Assembly (NCBI GenBank): GCA_030746535.1
Contig: JASLML010000001.1
Span: forward strand, 368 to 64,367
Origin: Fidelibacterota bacterium
Lineage (GTDB): Bacteria > Fidelibacterota > Marinisomatia > Marinisomatales > TCS55
Length of the DNA: 64,000 nt
Reading direction: 5' to 3'
Shown: piece by piece, positions 17,101 through 26,122 of the stretch
How the letters are laid out: each line of letters starts with the position of its first letter
Numbering within the stretch: position 1 is the stretch's first letter
Translations under genes and position numbers: made by a program
Notes under the pieces: model-generated
The model's database searches: none
What the model saw: only the letters and a program-made list of their open reading frames with translations
What the model was told of the DNA's origin: nothing

Positions 17101-18002
17101 TGGCCGCGATTTCTTCTTTTCTTTCTGTTGATTCTCTATCTGTTTCATACAATATAAATGGACAGCAAACGCCTGTTGTAGATAACGTTTCCTTATCTCA
17201 GGATAAGGGTGAAATAATTGGGTTAGTGGGTGAATCTGGCTGCGGAAAGTCTCAGCTTGCTTTGGCATTGGCGGAATTAGCCTCGAAGCAGGCAAATGTG
17301 CATATGGAAGCATCGGTTTTGCCAAAGAATCCTGCCATTATTTTTCAGGATCCTCAAACGAGCCTTAACCCGGTCATAAAAATTGGGAAGCAAATTGAAG
17401 AAGCGGTGGCTCAAGAAATACCTGATAAAAAGGCAAGCATTCTGGAATTACTGGAACAGGTTGGAATAGATGATCCTAATTCCAGAATAAATCAATATCC
17501 GCACGAATTTTCCGGCGGTATGCAGCAGCGCGCTCTCATCGCGATGGCGCTCGCACAGAACCCCGATCTATTAATTGCAGATGAGCCGACCACAGCACTT
17601 GATGTAACCATTCAAAAACAGATTTTAGATTTGCTGAAATCGCTGAATAAAGAAAAGAATCTGGCAATTTTATTTATCACGCATGATTTGGTTCTACTCC
17701 GAGAATTTGCGGACAAAATATTGGTAATGTATGCAGGGAAAATTATTGAATCGGGGACAGCTAAGAATATTTTCGAAAATCCGAAACATCCTTACACGAA
17801 GGCATTAATCAGTGTATCATCCCTTGAAAAAAAGGAAAACAGATTCAATGCAATCCCCGGATCGGTTCCTTTACCCGCGGAATATCCATCTGGCTGCCGG
17901 TTTCATCCGCGGTGCGACCTTGCTGTAGATTCTTGCAAATCATCGCTGCCTGAATTTCAAGATATTGAGATGCATTCTTGGGCCTGCACTGAGGTGAATT
18001 AA
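17100..18002 (+). CDS. ABC transporter ATP-binding protein, oligopeptide/dipeptide (OppD/DppD) type
   Basis: Walker A GESGCGKS, signature FSGGMQQR, Walker [14 protein letters not shown]-loop ITHDL, and the Opp-type C-terminal extension HPYTKALI...GCRFHPRC...C...C. The start overlaps the upstream stop (TAATG). Confidence 0.85.
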   Translation: MAAISSFLSVDSLSVSYNINGQQTPVVDNVSLSQDKGEIIGLVGESGCGKSQLALALAELASKQANVHMEASVLPKNPAIIFQDPQTSLNPVIKIGKQIEEAVAQEIPDKKASILELLEQVGIDDPNSRINQYPHEFSGGMQQRALIAMALAQNPDLLIADEPTTALDVTIQKQILDLLKSLNKEKNLAILFITHDLVLLREFADKILVMYAGKIIESGTAKNIFENPKHPYTKALISVSSLEKKENRFNAIPGSVPLPAEYPSGCRFHPRCDLAVDSCKSSLPEFQDIEMHSWACTEVN

Positions 18003-18076
18003 ATCAGTTTTCTTCCTGTATATTTTCTGATTCAATCATAATTTTCGCGCTCAATATGTATACAAAATAATTAATT

Positions 18077-19600
18077 ATGGATTTATTGAAATCACTTGAA
18101 ATCAATGATGTAAATCCCGGGACTTGCTACGGACAGGGAACATGGGCAGATTCCGGTAAATCGGATTTACTTGAATCGTGTAATCCTGCAACGGGCGAAC
18201 TGCTTGCATCCGTAATGCAGGCGACTGAAAAAGATGTGGAAACCGTCATAGCAGATTCCGTGAAAGCTTTTAAGGAATGGAGAACAGTTCCTGCTCCCGT
18301 CCGCGGACAGCTCGTCCGGGAAATGGGAGACGCACTTCGTGAAAACAAGAATGCTCTCGGCACACTTGTTTCCGTGGAAATGGGAAAGATAAAACAGGAA
18401 GGCGACGGTGAAGTTCAGGAGATGATTGATATTGCGGATTTTGCGGTTGGGCAGTCACGGATGCTTTACGGCAAAACGATGCATTCGGAACGGCCGGATC
18501 ACCGCATGTATGAACAGTGGCATCCTATGGGACCGGTAGCTGTCATTACTGCATTCAATTTTCCGGTAGCGGTCTGGGCGTGGAACGCCTTCATTGCGGC
18601 AATCGCCGGCGATACGGTCATTTGGAAACCGTCATCTTCCACGCCTCTGTGTGCGGTCGCTGTTCAACATATTTGTAATAAAGTACTCGAAAAAAACGGA
18701 TACAAAGGCATTTTCAATCTTGTGATAGGAAAAGGTTCTGTTGTCGGTGAAAAACTTCTGCACGATCCGCGAATTCCTCTCGTATCATTTACAGGCTCAA
18801 CAAACATGGGAAGGCATGTCAGCGAATCGGTAGCGAAGCGCTTCGGCAATACCATTCTTGAGTTGGGCGGAAATAACGCAATAATCGTTGATGAAACTGC
18901 CGACATGGATATGGTCATTCCGGCAGTAGTCTTCGGTGCTGTTGGAACCGCCGGACAGAGGTGCACTTCCACGCGCCGTGTGATTATTCATGAGTCGCAA
19001 TATGACACATTGATACAAAGATTAACGCATGTATATCAACAGGTAAAAATCGGCGATCCAACGAAAGAGTCCACACTGATGGGCCCACTAGTGAATGCGT
19101 CCGCAGTTTCAGATTATAATGCAGCGCTTGGCAGAATTAAAGAACTCGGCGGAGAAATTGTGTACGGCGGTAAGGAAATAGAAGGGGATGGCCATTTTGT
19201 AGAACCGACCATCGTGAAAGCGGAAGGTGACTGGGATATAGTTCATCACGAAACATTCGCGCCTATTTTATACATTATTCCATACAAAACCATGGATGAA
19301 GCAATCGAAATTCACAACAGTGTTCCTCAGGGACTTTCGTCATCGCTGTTTACAACGCGGATGCAGAACATGGAGTCATTCCTTTCAGCCCGCGGATCTG
19401 ACTGCGGCATCGCGAATATCAATATCGGCACATCCGGCGCGGAAATAGGCGGCGCATTCGGCGGCGAAAAGGAAACAGGAGGCGGCCGTGAATCGGGATC
19501 CGATTCATGGAAACAGTACATGAGAAGACAAACAAACACCATCAACTGGAGCAGCGATTTACCGCTGGCCCAGGGAATCACATTTGACGTAAAGGAGTAG
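18077..19600 (+). CDS. ALDH7-type aldehyde dehydrogenase (alpha-aminoadipic semialdehyde / piperideine-6-carboxylate dehydrogenase)
   Basis: ELGGNNAIIV and GTAGQRCTSTRR in the catalytic region, and an N-terminus typical of the antiquitin/AmaB family. It sits next to a lysine 6-aminotransferase gene. Confidence 0.7.
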   Translation: MDLLKSLEINDVNPGTCYGQGTWADSGKSDLLESCNPATGELLASVMQATEKDVETVIADSVKAFKEWRTVPAPVRGQLVREMGDALRENKNALGTLVSVEMGKIKQEGDGEVQEMIDIADFAVGQSRMLYGKTMHSERPDHRMYEQWHPMGPVAVITAFNFPVAVWAWNAFIAAIAGDTVIWKPSSSTPLCAVAVQHICNKVLEKNGYKGIFNLVIGKGSVVGEKLLHDPRIPLVSFTGSTNMGRHVSESVAKRFGNTILELGGNNAIIVDETADMDMVIPAVVFGAVGTAGQRCTSTRRVIIHESQYDTLIQRLTHVYQQVKIGDPTKESTLMGPLVNASAVSDYNAALGRIKELGGEIVYGGKEIEGDGHFVEPTIVKAEGDWDIVHHETFAPILYIIPYKTMDEAIEIHNSVPQGLSSSLFTTRMQNMESFLSARGSDCGIANINIGTSGAEIGGAFGGEKETGGGRESGSDSWKQYMRRQTNTINWSSDLPLAQGITFDVKE

Positions 19601-19607
19601 ACGAAAA

Positions 19608-20909
19608 ATGACGGCACCAGCACAGGTACACGAAGCAATCGGAAAACACATGCTTGCAGACGGAATGGACCCTGTAGTTGATCTTGAAAAGAGTTATGGA
19701 TCTTGGATTGTGGATGCAAGAGACGGAAAGGAATATCTTGATCTTTTTTCGATGTTTGCATCTATGTCTGTCGGATACAATCACCCATATTTACTCGAAC
19801 ACAAAGAAGATCTCGCTGTCGCCGCACTCAATAAACCGACAAATTCGGATATCTATTCAACACAGATGGCGGATTTCGTATCCACGATGGGCCGCGTCGC
19901 TCAGCCGGATTATCTTCCGTATGCATTCTACATTGAAGGCGGTGCGCTTGGGGTGGAAAATGCGCTGAAGACTGCTTTCGACTGGAAATCAAAACTTAAC
20001 AGGAAAAACGGGAAATCCGTGGAAGGATCGAAGGTAATTCATTTTGAACAGTGTTTTCACGGAAGAACGGGATATACACTCAGCCTGACCGATTCCCACG
20101 ATAAAAGAAAAACAGAGCATTTTCCTAAATTTGACTGGCCCCGGATTTCGAATCCATACATTCATTCAGCGAATGATGATGATATCGAAAATCGTGAAGC
20201 GAAAGCGATTGACGAAATAAAAGCAGTTTTGGCTGAATCCGCCGATGAAGTTGCCTGCATTATCATTGAACCGATTCAGGGAGAAGGCGGTGACAACCAT
20301 TATCGTCCTCAGTTTTTAAAAGCCCTGAGAACGCTGGCTGATGAAAATGACTTTTTGCTCATTTACGATGAAGTACAAACGGGAATTGCGATAACGGGCG
20401 AGATGTGGTGCCATCAGCATTTTGGTGAAGAAGCGCGTCCCGATCTTATAAGTTTCGGGAAAAAAACGCAGGTATGCGGAACGTTTGCAGGAAATAGGTT
20501 AGACGAGGTTGATGCACACGTGTTCAAAGAATCCAGCAGACTTAATTCTACGTGGGGTGGAAATTTAACTGACATGGTGCGATTCAAATTATATCTCGAA
20601 ATCATTGAAAATGAAAAACTCGTAAACAATGCTGAAGAAATGGGTAAGCATTTGTTTCAGAGTCTTAATACTCTGGAGTCGAAATATGCAGAAAAAATTT
20701 CGTACGCAAGAGGCAGAGGATTATTCTGCGCATTTGACTGTAATTCAGCGGAAGATCGAGATAAACTGGCAGGACTCATTCAGGAAGAAGGGGCCATAGT
20801 ACTTGGATCCGGAGAAAGGACAATTCGTTTTCGTCCTCATTTAAATGTCACTTCGGATGAAATTGACAGCGGAATTGAAATGATTTCCGCTGCATTGGAA
20901 CATTTGTGA
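19608..20909 (+). CDS. lat: L-lysine 6-aminotransferase (lysine epsilon-aminotransferase), class-III PLP enzyme
   Basis: The N-terminal pattern VHEAIGKHMLADGMDPVVDLEKSYGSWIVDARDGKEYLDLFSMFAS...GYNHP resembles characterised LAT enzymes. DEVQTG and SFGKK (PLP lysine) are class-III motifs. Confidence 0.7.
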   Translation: MTAPAQVHEAIGKHMLADGMDPVVDLEKSYGSWIVDARDGKEYLDLFSMFASMSVGYNHPYLLEHKEDLAVAALNKPTNSDIYSTQMADFVSTMGRVAQPDYLPYAFYIEGGALGVENALKTAFDWKSKLNRKNGKSVEGSKVIHFEQCFHGRTGYTLSLTDSHDKRKTEHFPKFDWPRISNPYIHSANDDDIENREAKAIDEIKAVLAESADEVACIIIEPIQGEGGDNHYRPQFLKALRTLADENDFLLIYDEVQTGIAITGEMWCHQHFGEEARPDLISFGKKTQVCGTFAGNRLDEVDAHVFKESSRLNSTWGGNLTDMVRFKLYLEIIENEKLVNNAEEMGKHLFQSLNTLESKYAEKISYARGRGLFCAFDCNSAEDRDKLAGLIQEEGAIVLGSGERTIRFRPHLNVTSDEIDSGIEMISAALEHL

Positions 20910-21610
20910 TATCATCCGAACCAGGCGGAATTTTATACATCGTAGCCACACCGATTGGAAATCTCGGAGACATCACTTACAGAGCTGTTGATATTTTAAA
21001 ATCCGTATCCATTGTGGCGGCCGAAGACACCCGGCACACACGAAAATTATTGAACCATTATTCCATTTCCGTTCCAACTGTCAGTTATTACGAGCACAAT
21101 AAATTCACCCGAATTCCAAGGATAATGAGCACGCTTGCAGAAGGAAATTCCGTTGCGCTGGTAACGGATGCGGGAACGCCGGGCATCAGCGATCCTGCTT
21201 ATAAATTGATCCGTGCTGCAATAAACCAAGGTCATTCCATTGAAACGGTTCCCGGGCCGTCCGCAGCTATTGCAGGACTTGTGGTATCCGGATTACCAAC
21301 CGACCGATTTTTATTCGAGGGATTTCTTCCATCGAAGAAAGGAAGAAAAGCTCGGCTGAAAAACTTGAGGGATTTTCAGGGAACTCTGATCTTTTTTGAA
21401 AGTCCGCACAGATTGGTACGGACCTTAAATGATATCGAAGAAGTCATTGGCGAGCGTCCGGCAGCGGCAGCAAGGGAGATGACTAAACTGCACGAAGAGG
21501 TCATTCGCGGCACCGTAACAGAATTGAAATCGCATTTTACCCGGAATAAGCCGAAAGGCGAGTTTACGCTTATGGTCGGAAAGGACGATAAAAATGTCTA
21601 TTTCGCGTAA
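20906..21610 (+). CDS. rsmI: 16S rRNA (cytidine1402-2'-O)-methyltransferase
   Basis: LYIVATPIGNLGDITYRAVDILKSVSIVAAEDTRHTRKLLNHY is the canonical RsmI N-terminus. The start overlaps the lat stop by 4 nt. Confidence 0.85.
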   Translation: MISSEPGGILYIVATPIGNLGDITYRAVDILKSVSIVAAEDTRHTRKLLNHYSISVPTVSYYEHNKFTRIPRIMSTLAEGNSVALVTDAGTPGISDPAYKLIRAAINQGHSIETVPGPSAAIAGLVVSGLPTDRFLFEGFLPSKKGRKARLKNLRDFQGTLIFFESPHRLVRTLNDIEEVIGERPAAAAREMTKLHEEVIRGTVTELKSHFTRNKPKGEFTLMVGKDDKNVYFA

Positions 21611-22226
21611 GGGATCATTCATCACCTTTGAAGGGATTGACGGATGCGGAAAGAGCACTCAGGCAAAACTGCTTTTGGAATACCTAAATTCTAACGGCAC
21701 AAATGCGATACTTGTTCGTGAACCGGGCGGAACTAGAATTTCAGAAGAAATAAGGCAGGTGCTTCTCAATACCGACCGAAGAGAATTAACACACAGAACA
21801 GAAGCACTTTTGATGACGGCAAGCAGAGCGCAGCTCACGGATGAAATTATTATTCCAAATCTGGAAGACGGTAAAACGGTTATTGCCGATCGTTACATCG
21901 ACTCAACGGTTGCCTATCAGGGCGGAGGCCGTGGAATTGAAATTGCGTGGCTGCATGAATTGAATCAATTTGCAACAGACCGCCTGCTGCCGAATATCAC
22001 CTTTTTTGTGGACATTCTTCCGGAAGAAGCGTCACGAAGAAAAGATTTTGAGTCGGACAGGATTGAAGAAGGAGGATTGGATCTGCAGTACCGTGTTAGG
22101 GATACGTATTTGTCGCTCGCGGAAAAGGAACCAAACAGAATTATTGTTATAGACGGATACGGATCCGAGGCAGAAATACATCAAAAAATTATTGAGGAAA
22201 TAAACAGGAGAAATATTGTAGGTTAG
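21594..22226 (+). CDS. tmk: Thymidylate kinase
   Basis: P-loop ITFEGIDGCGKSTQ, DRY motif ADRYIDST and the LID region. Confidence 0.85.
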   Translation: MSISRKGSFITFEGIDGCGKSTQAKLLLEYLNSNGTNAILVREPGGTRISEEIRQVLLNTDRRELTHRTEALLMTASRAQLTDEIIIPNLEDGKTVIADRYIDSTVAYQGGGRGIEIAWLHELNQFATDRLLPNITFFVDILPEEASRRKDFESDRIEEGGLDLQYRVRDTYLSLAEKEPNRIIVIDGYGSEAEIHQKIIEEINRRNIVG

Positions 22227-22231
22227 CGATA

Positions 22232-23878
22232 ATGAAGCAATTCAGTAAAACATTCAAAATAATTGCCGGAACTGTTGCTTTCATCACGGTTTGTTCAGTG
22301 GCATTTACGAGTTCCGATTTATATCGAAAAATCGCTAAGTCACAGCGGCTGATCAATGAAGCGTATAAATATCTGATTACCAACTACGTCGATCAACTAG
22401 ACACAGACGTTTACACGAGCACCACTCTGCGTAATCTTATGTCCGAGCTTGATCCGTACACCGTTTATCTCGAAGAAAACGAACGGGACGGAATAGAGCT
22501 TTTGTCCAAAGGACAGTACGGCGGAGTCGGCATACAGCTGAGCAGAAGAAATAAAGAATTAACAGTCATTGCGCCAATGGATGATACACCGGCACAGCGA
22601 TCAGGAATAATCAGTGGAGATGTCATTCGGAAAATTGACGAACAAAATGCCGATGAATTATCACTGGATGAAGCTGCCAAGCTGATTCGCGGAATAAAGG
22701 GAACGGTGGTAAAACTAACGATTGAACGGTACGGAACCGACGGCCAAATCGAATTCAATCTCACCCGTGCGGATATTCATGTGAATGATGTGACCTATGC
22801 TGGCATGATTAATGAATCTACCGGCTACATTCGCCTGACACGTTTTTCGAAGAATGCGGCGAAGGAAATGAAGGAAGCGCTTCGATCACTCGAAAAGGAA
22901 AATGCTGCCGAAATCATCTTAGATCTGAGAGATAATCCCGGCGGTCTTTTAGCAGCCGCAATCGATATTATGGATCTGTTCGTTCCAAAAGGCGAACTTC
23001 TGCTCACGACCAAAGGCAGGACAAAAGAATCCACTAAAACGTATCATTCCCGCCGGCCGATTTCTGTTTCCAGGAATGTGAAGATTGCTGTTTTAATTAA
23101 TCAGGGAAGTGCTTCCGCAAGCGAGATTGTTGCCGGTGCGTTTCAGGATCTTGACAGGGGAATTGTTATTGGTCAGCGGTCTTTCGGCAAAGGACTGGTG
23201 CAGTCGGTCTATTCGCTTGATCCGACCAAATCTCTCAAAATAACGACGGCAAAATATTATATCCCGAGCGGAAGATTGGTACAAAAACCGGATTACATTG
23301 ATGAGGAAATTATCCTGCAGTCTGCCGAAGAAGACAGCATCTTTTACACAAAAGGTGGGAGGACAGTAAAAGGCGGCGGCGGAATACATCCGGACTTTAC
23401 TGTGGAAGAAGAAGATTTACCTCCGCTGACTCTGGAATGCTGGCGGAAAGGACTTTTCTTTACTTATGCGCAAAAGCATAAACATCTCTACCGATCATTT
23501 GATCATCTGAAAAATGATGAGAATCTCCTCACTGATTTCAAATCCTTTTTGGCAGCAGAGGAAATAGATGTCGCATTGCCGGGAGAAAACCAGTTTCGGG
23601 AAGCGTGGGAAAAGCTGGAAGAGTACACCAACGATAATAAAAAACTGCACGTTGCCTTTTCAAAAGCGGAGGAAGTGATAATCGAATCTGAAAATGCCTT
23701 GTTCGCTAATGAAATTGTTGAACTGGGAAGGGGCCTCTTGCTGGAATTTGCATCCCTGTTCAACGGGACTTCTTCCAGAATTAAAGAATCTCTGAAATAC
23801 GACTTGGTTGTTCAGAAGGCAGTGGGAATTTTATCCGATCAAGTAGCATATAATGGAACATTTACCGTTGAAAATTAG
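22232..23878 (+). CDS. S41 family carboxy-terminal processing peptidase (PDZ domain)
   Basis: PDZ segment GGVGIQL...PAQRSGIISGDVI, and the catalytic region NQGSASASEIVAGAFQDLDRGIVIGQRSFGKGLVQ. Confidence 0.85.
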   Translation: MKQFSKTFKIIAGTVAFITVCSVAFTSSDLYRKIAKSQRLINEAYKYLITNYVDQLDTDVYTSTTLRNLMSELDPYTVYLEENERDGIELLSKGQYGGVGIQLSRRNKELTVIAPMDDTPAQRSGIISGDVIRKIDEQNADELSLDEAAKLIRGIKGTVVKLTIERYGTDGQIEFNLTRADIHVNDVTYAGMINESTGYIRLTRFSKNAAKEMKEALRSLEKENAAEIILDLRDNPGGLLAAAIDIMDLFVPKGELLLTTKGRTKESTKTYHSRRPISVSRNVKIAVLINQGSASASEIVAGAFQDLDRGIVIGQRSFGKGLVQSVYSLDPTKSLKITTAKYYIPSGRLVQKPDYIDEEIILQSAEEDSIFYTKGGRTVKGGGGIHPDFTVEEEDLPPLTLECWRKGLFFTYAQKHKHLYRSFDHLKNDENLLTDFKSFLAAEEIDVALPGENQFREAWEKLEEYTNDNKKLHVAFSKAEEVIIESENALFANEIVELGRGLLLEFASLFNGTSSRIKESLKYDLVVQKAVGILSDQVAYNGTFTVEN

Positions 23879-23981
23879 ACTAATCCGCGAATGAAAACCT
23901 TTTAGCAGAAACATTTGCTTACTTTAAATTCTAACGCTTTTTTCGACAATAAATCCCATTTCGGACGAAACAAATCGAATG

Positions 23982-24055
23982 GGGCGATTAGCTCAGCTGG
24001 TTAGAGTGCTTGCTTGACATGCAAGAGGTCACTGGTTCAAGTCCAGTATCGCCCA
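23982..24055 (+). tRNA. tRNA-Val (anticodon GAC)
   Basis: Manual cloverleaf: acceptor GGGCGAT/ATCGCCC, D arm GCTC..GAGT, anticodon stem CTTGC/GCAAG with loop TTGACAT, T arm ACTGG-TTCAAGT-CCAGT. No encoded CCA. Confidence 0.9.
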
Positions 24056-24109
24056 CACAAAAAATGAAGATGGATATTCTATCACAACATATATGCTATT
24101 ATTGTTCTT

Positions 24110-24141
24110 AATGAACGCTCAGAAGAACGTTCATTTATTTT
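24110..24141 (+). terminator. Hairpin plus T-rich tract after tRNA-Val
   Basis: AATGAACGCTC-AGAA-GAACGTTCATT (11-bp stem, one mismatch) followed by TATTTT. Confidence 0.55.
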
Positions 24142-24183
24142 GACGCTGTTTTGTAATCATTTCCCTAACCGCATTGTACTTCC

Positions 24184-26121
24184 ATGAGTGACATTACTAT
24201 CACATTGCCAGATAATTCCACGAAGACTTTTCCATCCGGTACGACAGGGATGCAGGTTTGCGAATCCATTGGCCCGGGACTTGCGAAAGCGGCAATTGTT
24301 GCTGAAGTGAATGGGGAACTGGCTGATTTATCCATTCCGATAGAAAAGGATGCTGATTTTACTGTACATACAGGCGACAGTGAAATTGGCCACCAAGTGC
24401 TTTTGCATAGTGCTGCGCACTTGCTGGCACAGGCGGTAAAAGTGTTTTATCCGGATGCAAAACTGACCATCGGCCCGGCAATCGAAAACCGGTTTTATTA
24501 CGATATTGATTTTGATGCACCTTTCTCAGAAGAAGAGCTTCCGAAAATCGAAGAAAAAATGCGCGAAATAGCAAAGGAAAATCACGAAGTAATCCGGGAA
24601 GTGATCGGTAAGAAAAAAGCGAAAAAGATGTTTTCGGATATGGATGAACCGTACAAACTGGAAATTTTAGGCGAGATCGGAGATGAGGAAGTGACATCCA
24701 TTTATACGCAGGGAGATTTCATTGATCTCTGCCGCGGACCGCACGCACCGACAACGGGTATCATTAAACATTTTAAGCTGTTAAATACATCCGGAGCGTA
24801 CTGGCGCGGAGATGAGTCTAATAAAATGCTGCAGCGGATATATGGCACAGCATTCAGCACAAAAAAGGAACTGCATGCATATCTGGAATTTATAGAAGAG
24901 GCAAAAGAGAGGGATCACCGGAAAATCGGCAAAGAATTAAAGCTGTTCACATTTGATGATGAGATTGGCCCGGGACTTCCGCTATGGCTGCCAAACGGCA
25001 CGGTTTTGATCGATGCGATTGAAAACCTAGCAAATGAAATGGAAACAGAAGCCGGTTACGATCGGATTCGGACGCCGCATCTAACCAAAGGAAATCTTTA
25101 CGAAAAATCCGGGCACCTAGATCATTACAAAGACAGCATGTATCCCGCAATGAATGTGGATGGAATTGATTATTACGTTAAGCCGATGAATTGCCCGCAT
25201 CATCATAAGGTGTATGCATCGGAACCGCGGAGCTATAAAGATCTTCCGATTCGTTTTTCCGAATACGGAACCTGTTACCGATATGAAAAATCCGGACAGC
25301 TATTCGGATTGTTGCGCGTCCGGAGCATGCAGATGAATGATGCACATATTTACTGTACGGAAGATCAGTTCAAGGATGAATTTCTTGCGGTATGCAATCT
25401 CTATCTGAAATATTTTGAAATCTTCGGAATCGAAAAATACGAAATGCGCCTCAGCCTGCATGATGAAAAAGGGTTGGGGAAGAAATACGTAAACGAACCG
25501 AAACTTTGGCAAAAGACCGAAGAACTTGTGCGTGAAGCACTGACTGACGGTGGAATTCACTTTAAAGAAGTTCCCGGAGAAGCGGCATTTTACGGTCCCA
25601 AAATTGATGTTCAGGTTTGGAGCGCCATCGGAAAAGAATTCACATTGGCAACTAACCAGGTGGATTTTGCGATTCCAGGGCGGTTCGGGCTCACGTACAA
25701 GGATTCTAAAGGAAAAGATCAGGTTCCGCTGTGCATACATCGTGCTCCGCTGAGTACGCATGAAAGATTTATCGGATTTTTAATCGAGCATTACAAAGGC
25801 GATTTTCCGTTATGGCTGGCACCGACGCAAATTGCTGTTTTGCCAGTATCTGAAAAAGCGAATGCATATGCAGAAAAAGTATTTGCTGCCTTAAAGCAAA
25901 ACGGATTCCGGGCTATTCTAGATGAAAAAGCAGATAAAATCGGATCAAAGATTCGGAATGCTGAACTACAGAAAATTAATGTGATGCTGGTCGTGGGTGA
26001 AAAAGAAGCCCAATCGGAAACAGTATCTTTGAGGAGAAGAATTGCGGGAGACAAAGGATCTGTCGCATTGAAAACACTTATCAAAGATTTACAAAAGGAA
26101 ATCACCGAAAGGAGCGCATAG
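24184..26121 (+). CDS. thrS: Threonine--tRNA ligase
   Basis: TGS N-terminal domain, the editing-domain HSAAHLLAQAV motif, the class II core (RVRSMQMNDAHIY, QVDFAIP) and the anticodon-binding C-terminus. Confidence 0.95.
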   Translation: MSDITITLPDNSTKTFPSGTTGMQVCESIGPGLAKAAIVAEVNGELADLSIPIEKDADFTVHTGDSEIGHQVLLHSAAHLLAQAVKVFYPDAKLTIGPAIENRFYYDIDFDAPFSEEELPKIEEKMREIAKENHEVIREVIGKKKAKKMFSDMDEPYKLEILGEIGDEEVTSIYTQGDFIDLCRGPHAPTTGIIKHFKLLNTSGAYWRGDESNKMLQRIYGTAFSTKKELHAYLEFIEEAKERDHRKIGKELKLFTFDDEIGPGLPLWLPNGTVLIDAIENLANEMETEAGYDRIRTPHLTKGNLYEKSGHLDHYKDSMYPAMNVDGIDYYVKPMNCPHHHKVYASEPRSYKDLPIRFSEYGTCYRYEKSGQLFGLLRVRSMQMNDAHIYCTEDQFKDEFLAVCNLYLKYFEIFGIEKYEMRLSLHDEKGLGKKYVNEPKLWQKTEELVREALTDGGIHFKEVPGEAAFYGPKIDVQVWSAIGKEFTLATNQVDFAIPGRFGLTYKDSKGKDQVPLCIHRAPLSTHERFIGFLIEHYKGDFPLWLAPTQIAVLPVSEKANAYAEKVFAALKQNGFRAILDEKADKIGSKIRNAELQKINVMLVVGEKEAQSETVSLRRRIAGDKGSVALKTLIKDLQKEITERSA

Positions 26122-26122
26122 T

